Assembly: GCA_043745805.1 (NCBI GenBank)
Contig: JAYTSD010000001.1
Location: 32,001-96,000, forward strand
Length of the DNA stretch: 64,000 bases
Source of the DNA: Fibrobacteria bacterium
Lineage (GTDB): Bacteria > Fibrobacterota > Fibrobacteria > UBA11236
Reading direction: 5' to 3'
In this document: positions 48,828 to 58,836 of the stretch, piece by piece
Position numbering within the stretch: the first letter of the stretch is position 1
How the letters are laid out: every line of letters begins with the position of its first letter
Notes under the pieces: generated by a model
The model's input: only the letters and a program-made list of their open reading frames with translations
The model's database searches: none
What the model was told of the DNA's origin: nothing
Translations under genes and position numbers: made by a program

Positions 48828-50262
48828 AATTTCAATACTTATTGTAGACGATGAAGAGGATATTCTTACTTCTGAAGAATTGGTATTACAGATGAATGGC
48901 TATACTAATATTACTACTTGTTCGGATTCGCGAAAAGTGGAAAGTATTCTGAATAAGAATCCGAATAGCCTCGCCATTTTGGATATTACTATGCCGCAAA
49001 TAGACGGTATAGAACTTCTTTCTCGGATTAAACACAATCATCCGCAAGTAACGGTGGTAATGATGACCGGATTAAATGATGTGGAAACAGCGGTTCGCTG
49101 TTTAAAGAATGGGGCTCTTGATTATATCCTTAAACCCTTCGATCAAAATCGGTTTTTGACTTGTGTAAAAAAAGCGTTAGAGCATCATATTGTTTGTGAT
49201 GAATCTATTCGTTTAGCACGCGGTGTACTCGAAGAGAATGTTATAAATCCCAAAAGTTTTTCTGCAATTGTTACTCAGGAAAGACGATTGGTTAATATTT
49301 TTAAATATATCGAAGCCGTAGCGCCAACGGGTTTATCAGTTCTGTTAACAGGGGAAACCGGTGTAGGTAAAGAATTATTTGCTAACGCGGTGCACTTGGC
49401 AAGTGGTCGAACTGGTGAGTTTGTTTGTGTGAATAGTGCTGGGATTGACGACGCCATGTTTAGCGATTCACTTTTTGGCCATGTTTCTGGCGCTTATACA
49501 GGTGCGCAAAAGGGTCGCAAAGGTCTTATTGATCGCGCTAAAAATGGAACCTTATTTCTTGATGAAATAGGAGACATGAAACCGGAAACTCAAGTTAAAC
49601 TATTACGTTTATTACAAGAAGGAACCTTCTACCGCTTAGGTCAAGAGACTGAAGAAAGAACCAATGCTAGGATTGTGGCGGCCACTAATCGTTCCTTAGA
49701 GGAATTACAGAATGATCCCCGTTTCCGAAAAGATTTATTTTATCGCTTAAAAGCGCATCATGTATATATCCCTCCCCTGCGGGAAAGAATGAATGATGTG
49801 CCTTTACTTACCAATAGGTTTTTAGCCCAATGCGCCCAAGAACAAAACAAAGCGAAACCCACTCCCCCTCCAGAACTAGATATTTTACTTTCCAATTATC
49901 ATTTTCCGGGAAATGTACGCGAGTTACGTGGTTTGGTTTACGATGCGGTCAGTAGGCATCAGGGTGGAGTTTTATCCTGTAGCTCTTTTAAAGATGCAAT
50001 CGGAACGAAACATTTAAGTAACGGTAACGTGAATAAAATGATTCCATTTAGTAAAGAAATACTTTTTCCATCCCCACTTCCTTCGGTTCGAGAAATAGAA
50101 AATGCACTTATTCGCGAAGCATTAAAACGAACCGGTGGTAATAAATCCTTAGCTTCGGAAATGATTGGAATGGCCCGCCAAACCTTTAGAACTAGAGTTA
50201 AGGAATTGCAGCCTCCTTGGGAAAATGCTGATAACATGGTAGAAGTAGAGGGAATAGACTAA
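48817..50262 (+). CDS. NtrC-family sigma54 response regulator (REC-AAA+-HTH)
   Basis: GETGVGKE, GAYTGA, LFLDEIG, FPGNVREL, Fis-type HTH; ATG at 48817. Confidence 0.93.
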   Translation: MHHEISILIVDDEEDILTSEELVLQMNGYTNITTCSDSRKVESILNKNPNSLAILDITMPQIDGIELLSRIKHNHPQVTVVMMTGLNDVETAVRCLKNGALDYILKPFDQNRFLTCVKKALEHHIVCDESIRLARGVLEENVINPKSFSAIVTQERRLVNIFKYIEAVAPTGLSVLLTGETGVGKELFANAVHLASGRTGEFVCVNSAGIDDAMFSDSLFGHVSGAYTGAQKGRKGLIDRAKNGTLFLDEIGDMKPETQVKLLRLLQEGTFYRLGQETEERTNARIVAATNRSLEELQNDPRFRKDLFYRLKAHHVYIPPLRERMNDVPLLTNRFLAQCAQEQNKAKPTPPPELDILLSNYHFPGNVRELRGLVYDAVSRHQGGVLSCSSFKDAIGTKHLSNGNVNKMIPFSKEILFPSPLPSVREIENALIREALKRTGGNKSLASEMIGMARQTFRTRVKELQPPWENADNMVEVEGID

Positions 50263-50496
50263 GTCTCCACACATTTTGAGTTTAAAATAGGGAATAAAGT
50301 CGTGGCTAAATTTGGTCAATGACCAATTTTTATAAGCTCATAAATTCAATGGAGGCCCGTCTTATCTAGGGTTTGCTCATTTTACAATAAAAATTAGCCA
50401 CCCTTTTTTACCACACAATTGGAAATATGTTTTTTTGGGAGGCCTTAAAACGAGCTTAAAGGCGATTTTATTCAAATTAATTGCAATAAAGAAAAA

Positions 50497-50512
50497 TGGC
50501 ACAGGGCTTGCA
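50497..50512 (+). promoter_or_regulatory. Sigma54 promoter
   Basis: TGGCACAGGGCTTGCA, near-consensus. Confidence 0.85.
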
Positions 50513-50565
50513 TTGTAATCTCCTTGTAAAAGTGTTTCACGACGAATTGTTACTAAGAGGTTATC

Positions 50566-50895
50566 ATGGTAGGTTTGGAATTGACAAGAGAATGTCAGAC
50601 GGAATTTGAAGATGCCATTTTACAAATGGCACAAGAACTTATTCCTATTGCCCAATTAGTTTCTGATTTTCCTGAATGGAGTAAAGCTTTAGCGAAGGGA
50701 TTTTTTGACCTCTCCATTTTATCCCAAAAGGGTGGAGAAAAGAAGATTTATTTTTCTGCAAGAGCATTTTCTCAAATATTAAATCAATTACAAAAATCTC
50801 CGGAAGAAGATATTCCCTTTATCCTAAGTAAAGGAATTGAATTTTTGAATTCCATAATTATTGAAAATAAAATAAACTCCATGAGGAGTTTATAA
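50566..50895 (+). CDS. Hypothetical helical protein, possibly a degenerate Hpt domain
   Basis: GAGG RBS, first gene after the sigma54 promoter, coupled to cheW; no His in the sequence. Confidence 0.55.
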   Translation: MVGLELTRECQTEFEDAILQMAQELIPIAQLVSDFPEWSKALAKGFFDLSILSQKGGEKKIYFSARAFSQILNQLQKSPEEDIPFILSKGIEFLNSIIIENKINSMRSL

Positions 50896-51437
50896 TGGTT
50901 GATTTATTTGGAGAAGAATATTCACCTTCTAGAGGTGCAAAAATGGTAGATGGTAGATATTTCACTTTTCGTTTAGGGGAAGAGATATTTGGAATAAGCA
51001 TACTTAAAGTACAAGAAACCTTAAGTGTTAATACCTTAAAGCAAGTTGCAAATTTACCTAAATATTTTAGTGGCATAACTACTTTAAGAGGACAACCTAT
51101 TCCCGTAATAGATTTACGTTTGAAATTCGGATTGGAAAGTCGCACGGCCAATAACTCTCCCTTTTCCCTAATTGTCGTGCAGCTTTCTACACCCATTATA
51201 TTCGGTAAAAAATCAGAAAGTGCTTTAGCGCTTGCAATTGATGAAGAAACCGACATGGTTAATATATTGAATGGACAAATCGAATTAAAATCCATTCGTG
51301 GTCAAAATCGGAATGGAACTTTACTATTCGGTATTGCGCGTATCCAACAAAAAGTTATTCGCTTATTGAATATTGATCAAATAATAAGCTTAGAAGATTG
51401 GGCAATACTTTTGAATTTGGAAATGGTTACGGAATAA
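50895..51437 (+). CDS. cheW: CheW-like adaptor
   Basis: YFTFRLGEEIFGI, GITTLRGQPIPVIDLRLKFG. Confidence 0.85.
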   Translation: MVDLFGEEYSPSRGAKMVDGRYFTFRLGEEIFGISILKVQETLSVNTLKQVANLPKYFSGITTLRGQPIPVIDLRLKFGLESRTANNSPFSLIVVQLSTPIIFGKKSESALALAIDEETDMVNILNGQIELKSIRGQNRNGTLLFGIARIQQKVIRLLNIDQIISLEDWAILLNLEMVTE

Positions 51438-51438
51438 T

Positions 51439-52548
51439 ATGAATAATATGCACGCATTAATTGTTGACGATGACAAACAAGCATTAGATACCATGGGAAT
51501 GATTTTAGAGATGGATGATTTTTTTGTCTCCAAAACCGAAAATGGTCAACAAGCTTTGGATTGTTTAACGGGATATGAAAATACGGAAAATACTGTTGAT
51601 TTTTTGGTATTAGACTTAGAGATGGATACGCTTTCGGGAATCGAGTTACTCACAGAATTACGTAAACGTGGTAATATGATTCCGGTTATGGTGGTTACGG
51701 GTTTTGCGTCTAGAAAAAATGTTATCAATTTACTTAGGCAAGGCGTTTTCGATTTTTTGGACAAGCCCATACGGATGGAAGAGTTTCGTTCGCATGTTCA
51801 TCGACTGGCTAATGAAGTGCTAAATCGCCGCAAGGAGATTGCTGTTTTACCTGTCGTCACTCAACACCGTGCAGTTTCCGTTTTTGATTTAGGGAATTTA
51901 GGTTTCCCTTATACATTGCGTCGTCGCATTGATGTAACGTCTGGGAATCACCTGATTTTAGCAAATCGCAAGCGCTCAGGTTATGATATTCTTCTTGTAG
52001 AGGCTTTTGGGGCTGATTCAGAATGTTTTTATATGACCATGCTAATTAAAAACTATTTCGATAAAAATCGAACTTTAGATACAGCGCCACAAAATTTTTT
52101 ACAAGGTTTGAACCAGGTTATATTGGATGGATCCTTGAAATGTCGAGAAGTTAGGGCATTATTAATCCATCTTGGTAACGCCGGCATACTAGAAGTCCTT
52201 CCTGCAGGTTACCCCACACGGATGTTTTTTGGACTTGGAAAAGATCAGCCCAGATTTTTGACTTTTTCTGGATTACCATTGGGCGGACAAGCAACGGTTG
52301 GACAAATAAAATTTGAAATTCCTTATAAGCCAAACGATAAACTATTTGTCTTTGCAGAAAATAAAATCGCTTCGAATGGCGAAAAAAGCCTAGACGATAC
52401 CGAAGAATTTTTGATGGCAGAAAGCGTACTAGGCCAAGGTCATGACTCTTTAGATGAAATGACGGATTCGATGTGGCAAAGAATACATAAAGAAATTAAA
52501 AATGCAAAAGTCAGTGATGGCTTTCTACTAGGTTTAACATTGCCATAA
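51439..52548 (+). CDS. Response regulator with a degenerate SpoIIE/PP2C-like domain
   Basis: N-terminal REC (VDDD, DLEM, KP); C-terminal SpoIIE-like layout (LNQ, AG.P, GLPLG). Confidence 0.7.
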   Translation: MNNMHALIVDDDKQALDTMGMILEMDDFFVSKTENGQQALDCLTGYENTENTVDFLVLDLEMDTLSGIELLTELRKRGNMIPVMVVTGFASRKNVINLLRQGVFDFLDKPIRMEEFRSHVHRLANEVLNRRKEIAVLPVVTQHRAVSVFDLGNLGFPYTLRRRIDVTSGNHLILANRKRSGYDILLVEAFGADSECFYMTMLIKNYFDKNRTLDTAPQNFLQGLNQVILDGSLKCREVRALLIHLGNAGILEVLPAGYPTRMFFGLGKDQPRFLTFSGLPLGGQATVGQIKFEIPYKPNDKLFVFAENKIASNGEKSLDDTEEFLMAESVLGQGHDSLDEMTDSMWQRIHKEIKNAKVSDGFLLGLTLP

Positions 52549-52668
52549 AAACCCTCCTAAAAAAGGTGAAAAGTACAATGTGCTGCTGAATAAACTCAAC
52601 CGCATAAGCCAGACATTTCTTATTTTTCCGTCGCGCTGAAGAATCGGCGGACAAATTAGGAGAGGCTT

Positions 52669-55599
52669 TTGCAAAAATTTATTCCCGGGCAAAGATGGGT
52701 GAGTGAAACTGAGCCCGAATTGGGACTAGGGCTCATATTGGAAGTGGGCTTCCGTGAAGTCAAAATCTTATTTAAAGCCGCCGAAATGGAACGTATTTAT
52801 ATGCATCGTAATGCGCCCTTACGGCGTGTACAATTGCGTTCTGGGGAGCGCGCTAGAGCACGCGATGGACACGTTTTTATTATTCAAAATGTGCAAGAAA
52901 AAAATGGTTTACTCACTTATTTAGGCAATGGTGAAAAATTAATTGAACAGGATTTATTAGACAGTTTAAGTTTTTCCGATCCGGATAAACGCTTGCTCGC
53001 CGCGCAAGTGAGCAAAAATAAAGTATATGAGTTACGTCGCCAAACGCATTTGTTCCGTAGTGAAATGTTGGGATCTTCGGTGCGAGGCCTAACTGGCGGA
53101 CGTGTCGATTTATTAGAACATCAAATTTATATCGCGCATACCGCCTCTTCACGTCACCGCCCGCGTTTGCTTTTAGCGGATGAAGTAGGCTTAGGTAAAA
53201 CTATTGAAGCGGGATTAATTTTCCATCGTCTTTTTGTTACGGGAGTGGTAAGCCGAGTATTAGTGGTTACCCCTTCGCAACTCGTGCATCAATGGTTAGT
53301 GGAATTATATCGTCGCTTTCATCATATGTTCGCCATTTTGGATGAAGATTTATGTCGTGCCGAAGAAAAAGGTGATAAACGGATCAATCCTTTTATGCAA
53401 AGACAATTAATACTTTGTCCCATAGATTTTTTAGCCGCTTCTCCTCGCCGTGTAGAACAAGCCGTAGCAGCAGGCGTGGATTTGTTAATTGTCGATGAAG
53501 CGCATCATTTACAATGGTCGCCAAAGGCTCCCTCGCCGGAATATAAAGCGATAGAAGCCTTGGCGCAGTTGAGTCCTGGCGTTTTATTATTAACAGCTAC
53601 GCCCATACAATTAGGTCAAGAAGGACATTTTGGACGCTTAAGACTTTTGGATCCCGACCGATTTTCGGATTTCGAAAAATATTTAAAAGACGCGGAAGGC
53701 TATGCCGAATTAGCAAAACAAATTCATGCGTTGATGGATCAAAATGGTGCGAATACCGCAGCTGCGGATGCTTTAGAAAAAGCATATCCTCAGGATAGAG
53801 CTGTATTGGAAAAGCTGAAAGCTTATCGCGAAGGGCAAAAAGGATCGCGTGCCGGACTCATTGCGGATCTTATTGATCGGCATGGAACAGGGCGTTTGCT
53901 TTTCCGCAATCGTCGTGCGATTATGACGGGTTTTCCTCAACGTATAGTGGAAGAATCTCCTTTGGATAATGGGCCCGAACATCAAGAGTTTACGCGCTTG
54001 GTTTTAGCGGGATCGGGTATTGGGAATGTAACGGAACTTACACGTTACCTTAATGGACCGGCGGCTTATACCGTAAGCGATTTGCCACGCGACTTTCCGG
54101 AAGGCTCGGAATTTTTGCGTCAGGCTTGGCGCAAGGATCCACGCTTGCCTTGGCTGGTGGGACTATTACAGCATTTAGCGGAAGAAAAAATTCTTTTATT
54201 ATGTTCCCATAAAAATACCGTATTCGCTTTGCAAGAAATTTTGCCAACCTTGATCACTGCTTCCTTTACCAGCTTTCATGAAAACATGACTTTAAGCACG
54301 CGTGATAAGAATGCAGCCTATTTTGCTAATCCGGAAGGCGCTCGTTTATTGATTTGTTCCGAAATCGGTAGTGAAGGACGTAACTTCCAATTCGCGCATC
54401 ATGTGGTACTTTTTGATTTACCGATAAACCCGAGCGTGCTAGAACAGCGTATTGGCCGGTTAGATCGCATTGGTCAGCTTAGGGATATCCATATTCATGT
54501 GCCGTATATTCGTGGCACCGCGCATGAATTGTTGTATCGCTGGTATGCCGAAGGTTTAAATGCTTTTCAAATTCCCCTACTAGGTTCGGATTACTTTTTT
54601 GATGCGCAAGGTAGTGATTTACGTGAAGAATGTCGCTTGGCTATGGAGGCAGAAATTAATGGTGCCTGGAATGCAAGCTTTGCAGAATCGGTGCAACAAT
54701 TTTTACAACATACGCAAACACTTGCTGCTGAAGTACGACAAACTTTAGAAGCGGGTCGCGATCGTTTATTGGAACTTAATTCTTGTAAGCCTGAGGTAGC
54801 GCAGGAATTAATTGCTGAAATTGAAGCGGCGGATGTGGATCCCAAACTCGAAAATTATATGGAAAGCGTTTTTGAACATTATGGTGTGGATGTAGATACC
54901 ACGGTGGTGGAGCGTGGACATTTTGTTTTTCCGGGACCACAAATGTTTATTGACACTTTTCCTTGTTTACCTGAAGATGGTTTACCGATTACTTATGACA
55001 GAGAAGAAGCTTTGATTCATGAAGATTTAGCTTTTATCACTTTAGATCATCCCATGGTGCGAGCTTCTGTAGATTTGATTTTACAAGATATGGCAGGAAC
55101 GGTTGCTTTCGTAGAATGGAAAAATGCGCCGAGTCAAGGCTTTGCTTTGGAAGCCATATTCTTACTCGAAGCTACGGCTCCAGGGCATTTGCATCTCGAT
55201 AGATTCTTGCCGCCTACACCTATTCGCTTATTAGTAAATCAAAAATTGGAAGCCTTAACTCAGTGGTTACCTAAAATGGATCAATTGATTTTGGAGAATG
55301 CGCCAACCTTAATGATAGAAGAGCAGCATAGTCTCTTTGAAGCGGTGATTCCAAAAATGCTTAAAGCCTGTTCCGAAGGCGCTGCTATTCTCATGGCTAA
55401 TTTGAAAAAGGAAAGCTATGCAGAAGCCGAAAAAATGTTGGGTTCGGAACGCGATCGTTTGAAAGACTTACAATCTATTAATGCTAATGTATCCCAAACA
55501 GAAATTGTTACGGCTGAAAAATCCTTGCAAGAAATTTTGCAATATATCCGTGATGCGGAATTAAGATTAGACGCTGTGCGCTTGGTGTTGATGCGCTAA
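52669..55599 (+). CDS. rapA: RNA polymerase-associated SNF2 ATPase RapA
   Basis: GQRW.SE.EPELGLG, LADEVGLGKT, DEAHH, EIGSEGRNFQF, EQRIGRLDRIGQ. Confidence 0.93.
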   Translation: MQKFIPGQRWVSETEPELGLGLILEVGFREVKILFKAAEMERIYMHRNAPLRRVQLRSGERARARDGHVFIIQNVQEKNGLLTYLGNGEKLIEQDLLDSLSFSDPDKRLLAAQVSKNKVYELRRQTHLFRSEMLGSSVRGLTGGRVDLLEHQIYIAHTASSRHRPRLLLADEVGLGKTIEAGLIFHRLFVTGVVSRVLVVTPSQLVHQWLVELYRRFHHMFAILDEDLCRAEEKGDKRINPFMQRQLILCPIDFLAASPRRVEQAVAAGVDLLIVDEAHHLQWSPKAPSPEYKAIEALAQLSPGVLLLTATPIQLGQEGHFGRLRLLDPDRFSDFEKYLKDAEGYAELAKQIHALMDQNGANTAAADALEKAYPQDRAVLEKLKAYREGQKGSRAGLIADLIDRHGTGRLLFRNRRAIMTGFPQRIVEESPLDNGPEHQEFTRLVLAGSGIGNVTELTRYLNGPAAYTVSDLPRDFPEGSEFLRQAWRKDPRLPWLVGLLQHLAEEKILLLCSHKNTVFALQEILPTLITASFTSFHENMTLSTRDKNAAYFANPEGARLLICSEIGSEGRNFQFAHHVVLFDLPINPSVLEQRIGRLDRIGQLRDIHIHVPYIRGTAHELLYRWYAEGLNAFQIPLLGSDYFFDAQGSDLREECRLAMEAEINGAWNASFAESVQQFLQHTQTLAAEVRQTLEAGRDRLLELNSCKPEVAQELIAEIEAADVDPKLENYMESVFEHYGVDVDTTVVERGHFVFPGPQMFIDTFPCLPEDGLPITYDREEALIHEDLAFITLDHPMVRASVDLILQDMAGTVAFVEWKNAPSQGFALEAIFLLEATAPGHLHLDRFLPPTPIRLLVNQKLEALTQWLPKMDQLILENAPTLMIEEQHSLFEAVIPKMLKACSEGAAILMANLKKESYAEAEKMLGSERDRLKDLQSINANVSQTEIVTAEKSLQEILQYIRDAELRLDAVRLVLMR

Positions 55600-56222
55600 T
55601 CGCCATTTTCGCTGCCACCTTCTCTACAGCCTTCGGGGCTTTCGTCTTCGGCTTTTAGCGTTTCAAATTCCTGAGCGGAAGTTTGTGGGGTAAATAGCAA
55701 AGTGTCACCGGCATGGTTTACAATACGCAAGAGATAATCGCGAAAAGGGGCGTCCGGATAGTTTTTAAGTAAGCTATCGGTTACGGGCCAAATTTGTGCC
55801 GGCGCGGCATTTTCGCCAAGAGGAATTTCCCAGTGCCCATCTTGATGGAATTTTCGCAGTTCTTTTATCGTAACTTCAGTGTTACTATCAAAACGATTAC
55901 TATTTAAAATAGGAAAGGACGATAGGGTATCCATAGATAAGAAGCCGGTGGAGTCGAAGCAGGGAACAAAAATCACATAGCCTTGACCCTCAATATGAGT
56001 TATTTGTTGCCAAGTTTTAGGTAAAGAGGACATTGCCTGCTTTACAGAATCGGGATGAGACCATAATTGACCGAGGGTGAATTTTTCCCGTTCAGCTAGC
56101 TCAGCTTTGAGTTTTTGTTTATGTACATAGGCAAAGCTGAATAAAATCAACCAAAGTAAAATTACCCCGCTGAATAAAAAAATGACGATTTTGCGTCCAG
56201 ATAACCTTTTTTCTTCTGTCAT
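55596..56222 (-). CDS. Hypothetical membrane-anchored protein
   Basis: N-terminal TM, 208-aa ORF. Confidence 0.65.
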   Translation of the reverse strand: MTEEKRLSGRKIVIFLFSGVILLWLILFSFAYVHKQKLKAELAEREKFTLGQLWSHPDSVKQAMSSLPKTWQQITHIEGQGYVIFVPCFDSTGFLSMDTLSSFPILNSNRFDSNTEVTIKELRKFHQDGHWEIPLGENAAPAQIWPVTDSLLKNYPDAPFRDYLLRIVNHAGDTLLFTPQTSAQEFETLKAEDESPEGCREGGSENGD

Positions 56223-56388
56223 GCTTAGAACATAAAAAAAACTCTCCGTATTCCACCAAAAAGCTGGTTGGATGTTGATTTTAGGGCATTATTTCCTAAA
56301 TGTTGCACTTTCGTTTAGACAAAAAATCAAAAATAAAACACCATAGCTAAAAATCTCAGTTATCTTTTTAGCCATCAAAAGGAAATCT

Positions 56389-57330
56389 ATGGAAAAAGTT
56401 ATAATTATCGGTTCCGGCCCTGCAGGCCATACAGCAGCCATTTATGCAGGTCGCGCTAGCCTTAACCCGTTAATGTTTGAAGGCTTTATGGCCGCGGGTG
56501 TTGCGGCAGGTGGTCAATTAACAACGACTACCGAAATCGAAAATTTCCCCGGCTTTACCAGCATTGATGGTTCGGAATTAATGAATCGTATGCGTGAACA
56601 AAGCATGCATTGCGGTACACGCATTTTAACAGAAACTATTATTAAGGTCGATTTAAGCAAAAGACCGTTCAAGGTTTATACTGAAGATAAGATGTATGAA
56701 ACGGAATCTTTAATTTTAGCTACAGGGGCTACCGCTAAGCGCATGCGCGTTCCGCGTGAAGAAGAATTTTGGCAAAAAGGTATTTCGGCTTGTGCTGTTT
56801 GTGACGGTGGGCTGCCTATTTTCCGCAATCAACCTCTAGTAGTAATTGGTGGTGGTGACACCGCTGTGGAAGAAGCTACCTATTTAGCCAAATTTGCTTC
56901 CAAAGTTTACTTAGTACATCGTCGCGATTCTTTGCGTGCCAGCAAAGCGATGCAGGATAGAGCTTTGAATCATCCGAAATTGGAATTGGTTTGGGATACG
57001 GTTTTAGAAGATGTAGAGGGTACCGACGCATTGGAAAAAACCTTATTGCGCAATTTAAAAACCGGAAAGCAATATGCCATTGAAGCTAAGGGATTATTCT
57101 ATGCCATTGGGCATACGCCTAATACAGGGTTTTTAGAAGGTCAATTAGCTGCTGATGAAAATGGATATCTCATTACGGAACCGGGTACAACTAAGACCAG
57201 TGTTCCTGGTGTTTTTGCTGCAGGGGATGTGCAGGATAAAAAATACCGTCAGGCAGTAACCTCAGCAGGAACGGGCTGTATGGCCGCATTAGATGCCGAA
57301 CATTTTTTAGTAACGCATTCTGAAAACTAA
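56389..57330 (+). CDS. trxB: Thioredoxin reductase
   Basis: GSGPAG, GGQLTTT, CAVCDG, GGGDTA, GDV. Confidence 0.95.
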   Translation: MEKVIIIGSGPAGHTAAIYAGRASLNPLMFEGFMAAGVAAGGQLTTTTEIENFPGFTSIDGSELMNRMREQSMHCGTRILTETIIKVDLSKRPFKVYTEDKMYETESLILATGATAKRMRVPREEEFWQKGISACAVCDGGLPIFRNQPLVVIGGGDTAVEEATYLAKFASKVYLVHRRDSLRASKAMQDRALNHPKLELVWDTVLEDVEGTDALEKTLLRNLKTGKQYAIEAKGLFYAIGHTPNTGFLEGQLAADENGYLITEPGTTKTSVPGVFAAGDVQDKKYRQAVTSAGTGCMAALDAEHFLVTHSEN

Positions 57331-57340
57331 TTTTTACACA

Positions 57341-57389
57341 GGGTACAAAAAAACTTTGATGAAATTTCCATCAAAGTTTTTTTGTACCC
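57341..57389. terminator. Long bidirectional terminator hairpin
   Basis: GGGTACAAAAAAACTTTGATG / CATCAAAGTTTTTTTGTACCC, 21-bp perfect stem. Confidence 0.8.
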
Positions 57390-57435
57390 GCAAATAATCG
57401 GCAAAGTTTAGCGTAACTTTAAAGTTACACTGTTA

Positions 57436-57936
57436 TTACAACATCACCGGTGCATCGGGCAATTCATTTTTATCTTCCTTGCCGGTGCGAGGGAAGTATT
57501 TTATCAATTCTTCGCTCACTCTTTCTATTCCAGCTATTACGCCGGCTTCAAAGTGACCTTGCCGAAATAATTTTTCCATCGCTTTACAGATTTCATCAAA
57601 GCCTTGTGAACCCACTTTCCCATTGACTCCACGGTCGGCGATAATTTCTACTTGTCTGTCCGCCCATAAGAGATAAATGAGCACGCCGGAATTGGCTTCT
57701 GTATCCCAAACTCGCAAATGCGCAAACACCTCCAAAGCTCTTTGGCGTGCCGATACATTATGCCATAGTGCGGGGAGATGTAAGGCTGGTTCAATAGCTA
57801 CACGGATTTCACCATGATGTTGGTTTTCACATTTGCCTACGGCTTCGGTGATATGTTCTAAAGCTTGTTTAGGAAAAGCACGCTTAACGGGAAAGCGGGT
57901 AGTGAATAAATGGGTAAATAGTCGTTTAAAATTCAT
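57436..57936 (-). CDS. TPM-domain membrane-associated protein
   Basis: GEIRVAIE, WDTE.NSGVLIY, ADRG, NELPD. Confidence 0.85.
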   Translation of the reverse strand: MNFKRLFTHLFTTRFPVKRAFPKQALEHITEAVGKCENQHHGEIRVAIEPALHLPALWHNVSARQRALEVFAHLRVWDTEANSGVLIYLLWADRQVEIIADRGVNGKVGSQGFDEICKAMEKLFRQGHFEAGVIAGIERVSEELIKYFPRTGKEDKNELPDAPVML

Positions 57937-57948
57937 GTTACTTCCTCG

Positions 57949-58833
57949 TTACCATGATCCTGAAGAGCCACCGCCACCAAAGCTACCGCCGCCACCCGAA
58001 AAACCACCTCCGCTATTGGATGAACCACCAAAGCCACCGCCACCGAATCCACCACCGTAGAATCCGCCTCCCATGCCTCCGCCGCCACCTGAATTTAAAA
58101 ACAATCCGATAATGAAAATAATAACGCCAAAAAAAATGGTGAGGAATAGTGACCCAAGAAAAAACCAACTTAATAAAGCAACTGCTCCACCTGCGGCAAG
58201 GCTTCCAAATACTTTTCCTAATGCGGAACGCAAAATAAAAGCGGCCAGTAAAGCCACTATCAAAAAGGTGTTATTTAGGTGACCAGAGCCTTGCGAATTA
58301 TTTCGGCTATGTTTGGCGGGAGCAGGAAGCATTTCACCACTCATCGTCTTTAAAATAGCATCGACACCGGCTTGTATTCCCCCTTCAAAATCACCGTCTT
58401 TGAAATGCGGAGTAATAATTTCACGAATGATTCTACTACTGGTTATATCTTGTAAAATGCCTTCCAATCCACGACCCACTTCAATGCGCATTTTGCGATC
58501 GTCCTTGGAGACTATGAACAGCACGCCATCATCTACTTTTTTACGGCCCAATTTCCATTGATCGACTACGCGTATCGAATATTGTTCGATTTCTTCGGGC
58601 GATGTAGTGGGAACAATGAGCACAGCCAGCTGACTGCCTTTATTGTCTTCATAAGCACGCAATTGAGTCTCGAGACTTTCTTTAACCGTAACTGATAAGC
58701 TACCGGTTAAATCGACCACTCTACCCGTTAAAGGCGGCACTGCCACCTCGGCTTGGGCTAAACCACTCCATACGAGGAGTAGGCAAAGGCTTAATAAAGT
58801 ATTAAGCCCTTTTGATCCTATTGCCTTGGGCAC
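57949..58833 (-). CDS. TPM-domain (YgcG-like) protein with Gly-rich tail
   Basis: RIEVGRGLEG, C-terminal GGGSFGGGGSSGSW. Confidence 0.9.
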   Translation of the reverse strand: MPKAIGSKGLNTLLSLCLLLVWSGLAQAEVAVPPLTGRVVDLTGSLSVTVKESLETQLRAYEDNKGSQLAVLIVPTTSPEEIEQYSIRVVDQWKLGRKKVDDGVLFIVSKDDRKMRIEVGRGLEGILQDITSSRIIREIITPHFKDGDFEGGIQAGVDAILKTMSGEMLPAPAKHSRNNSQGSGHLNNTFLIVALLAAFILRSALGKVFGSLAAGGAVALLSWFFLGSLFLTIFFGVIIFIIGLFLNSGGGGGMGGGFYGGGFGGGGFGGSSNSGGGFSGGGGSFGGGGSSGSW

Positions 58834-58836
58834 AAT

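Noticed and set aside
57949-58090. CCACC/GCC repeats
   Set aside because: They encode the normal Gly-rich tail of TPM/YgcG proteins.
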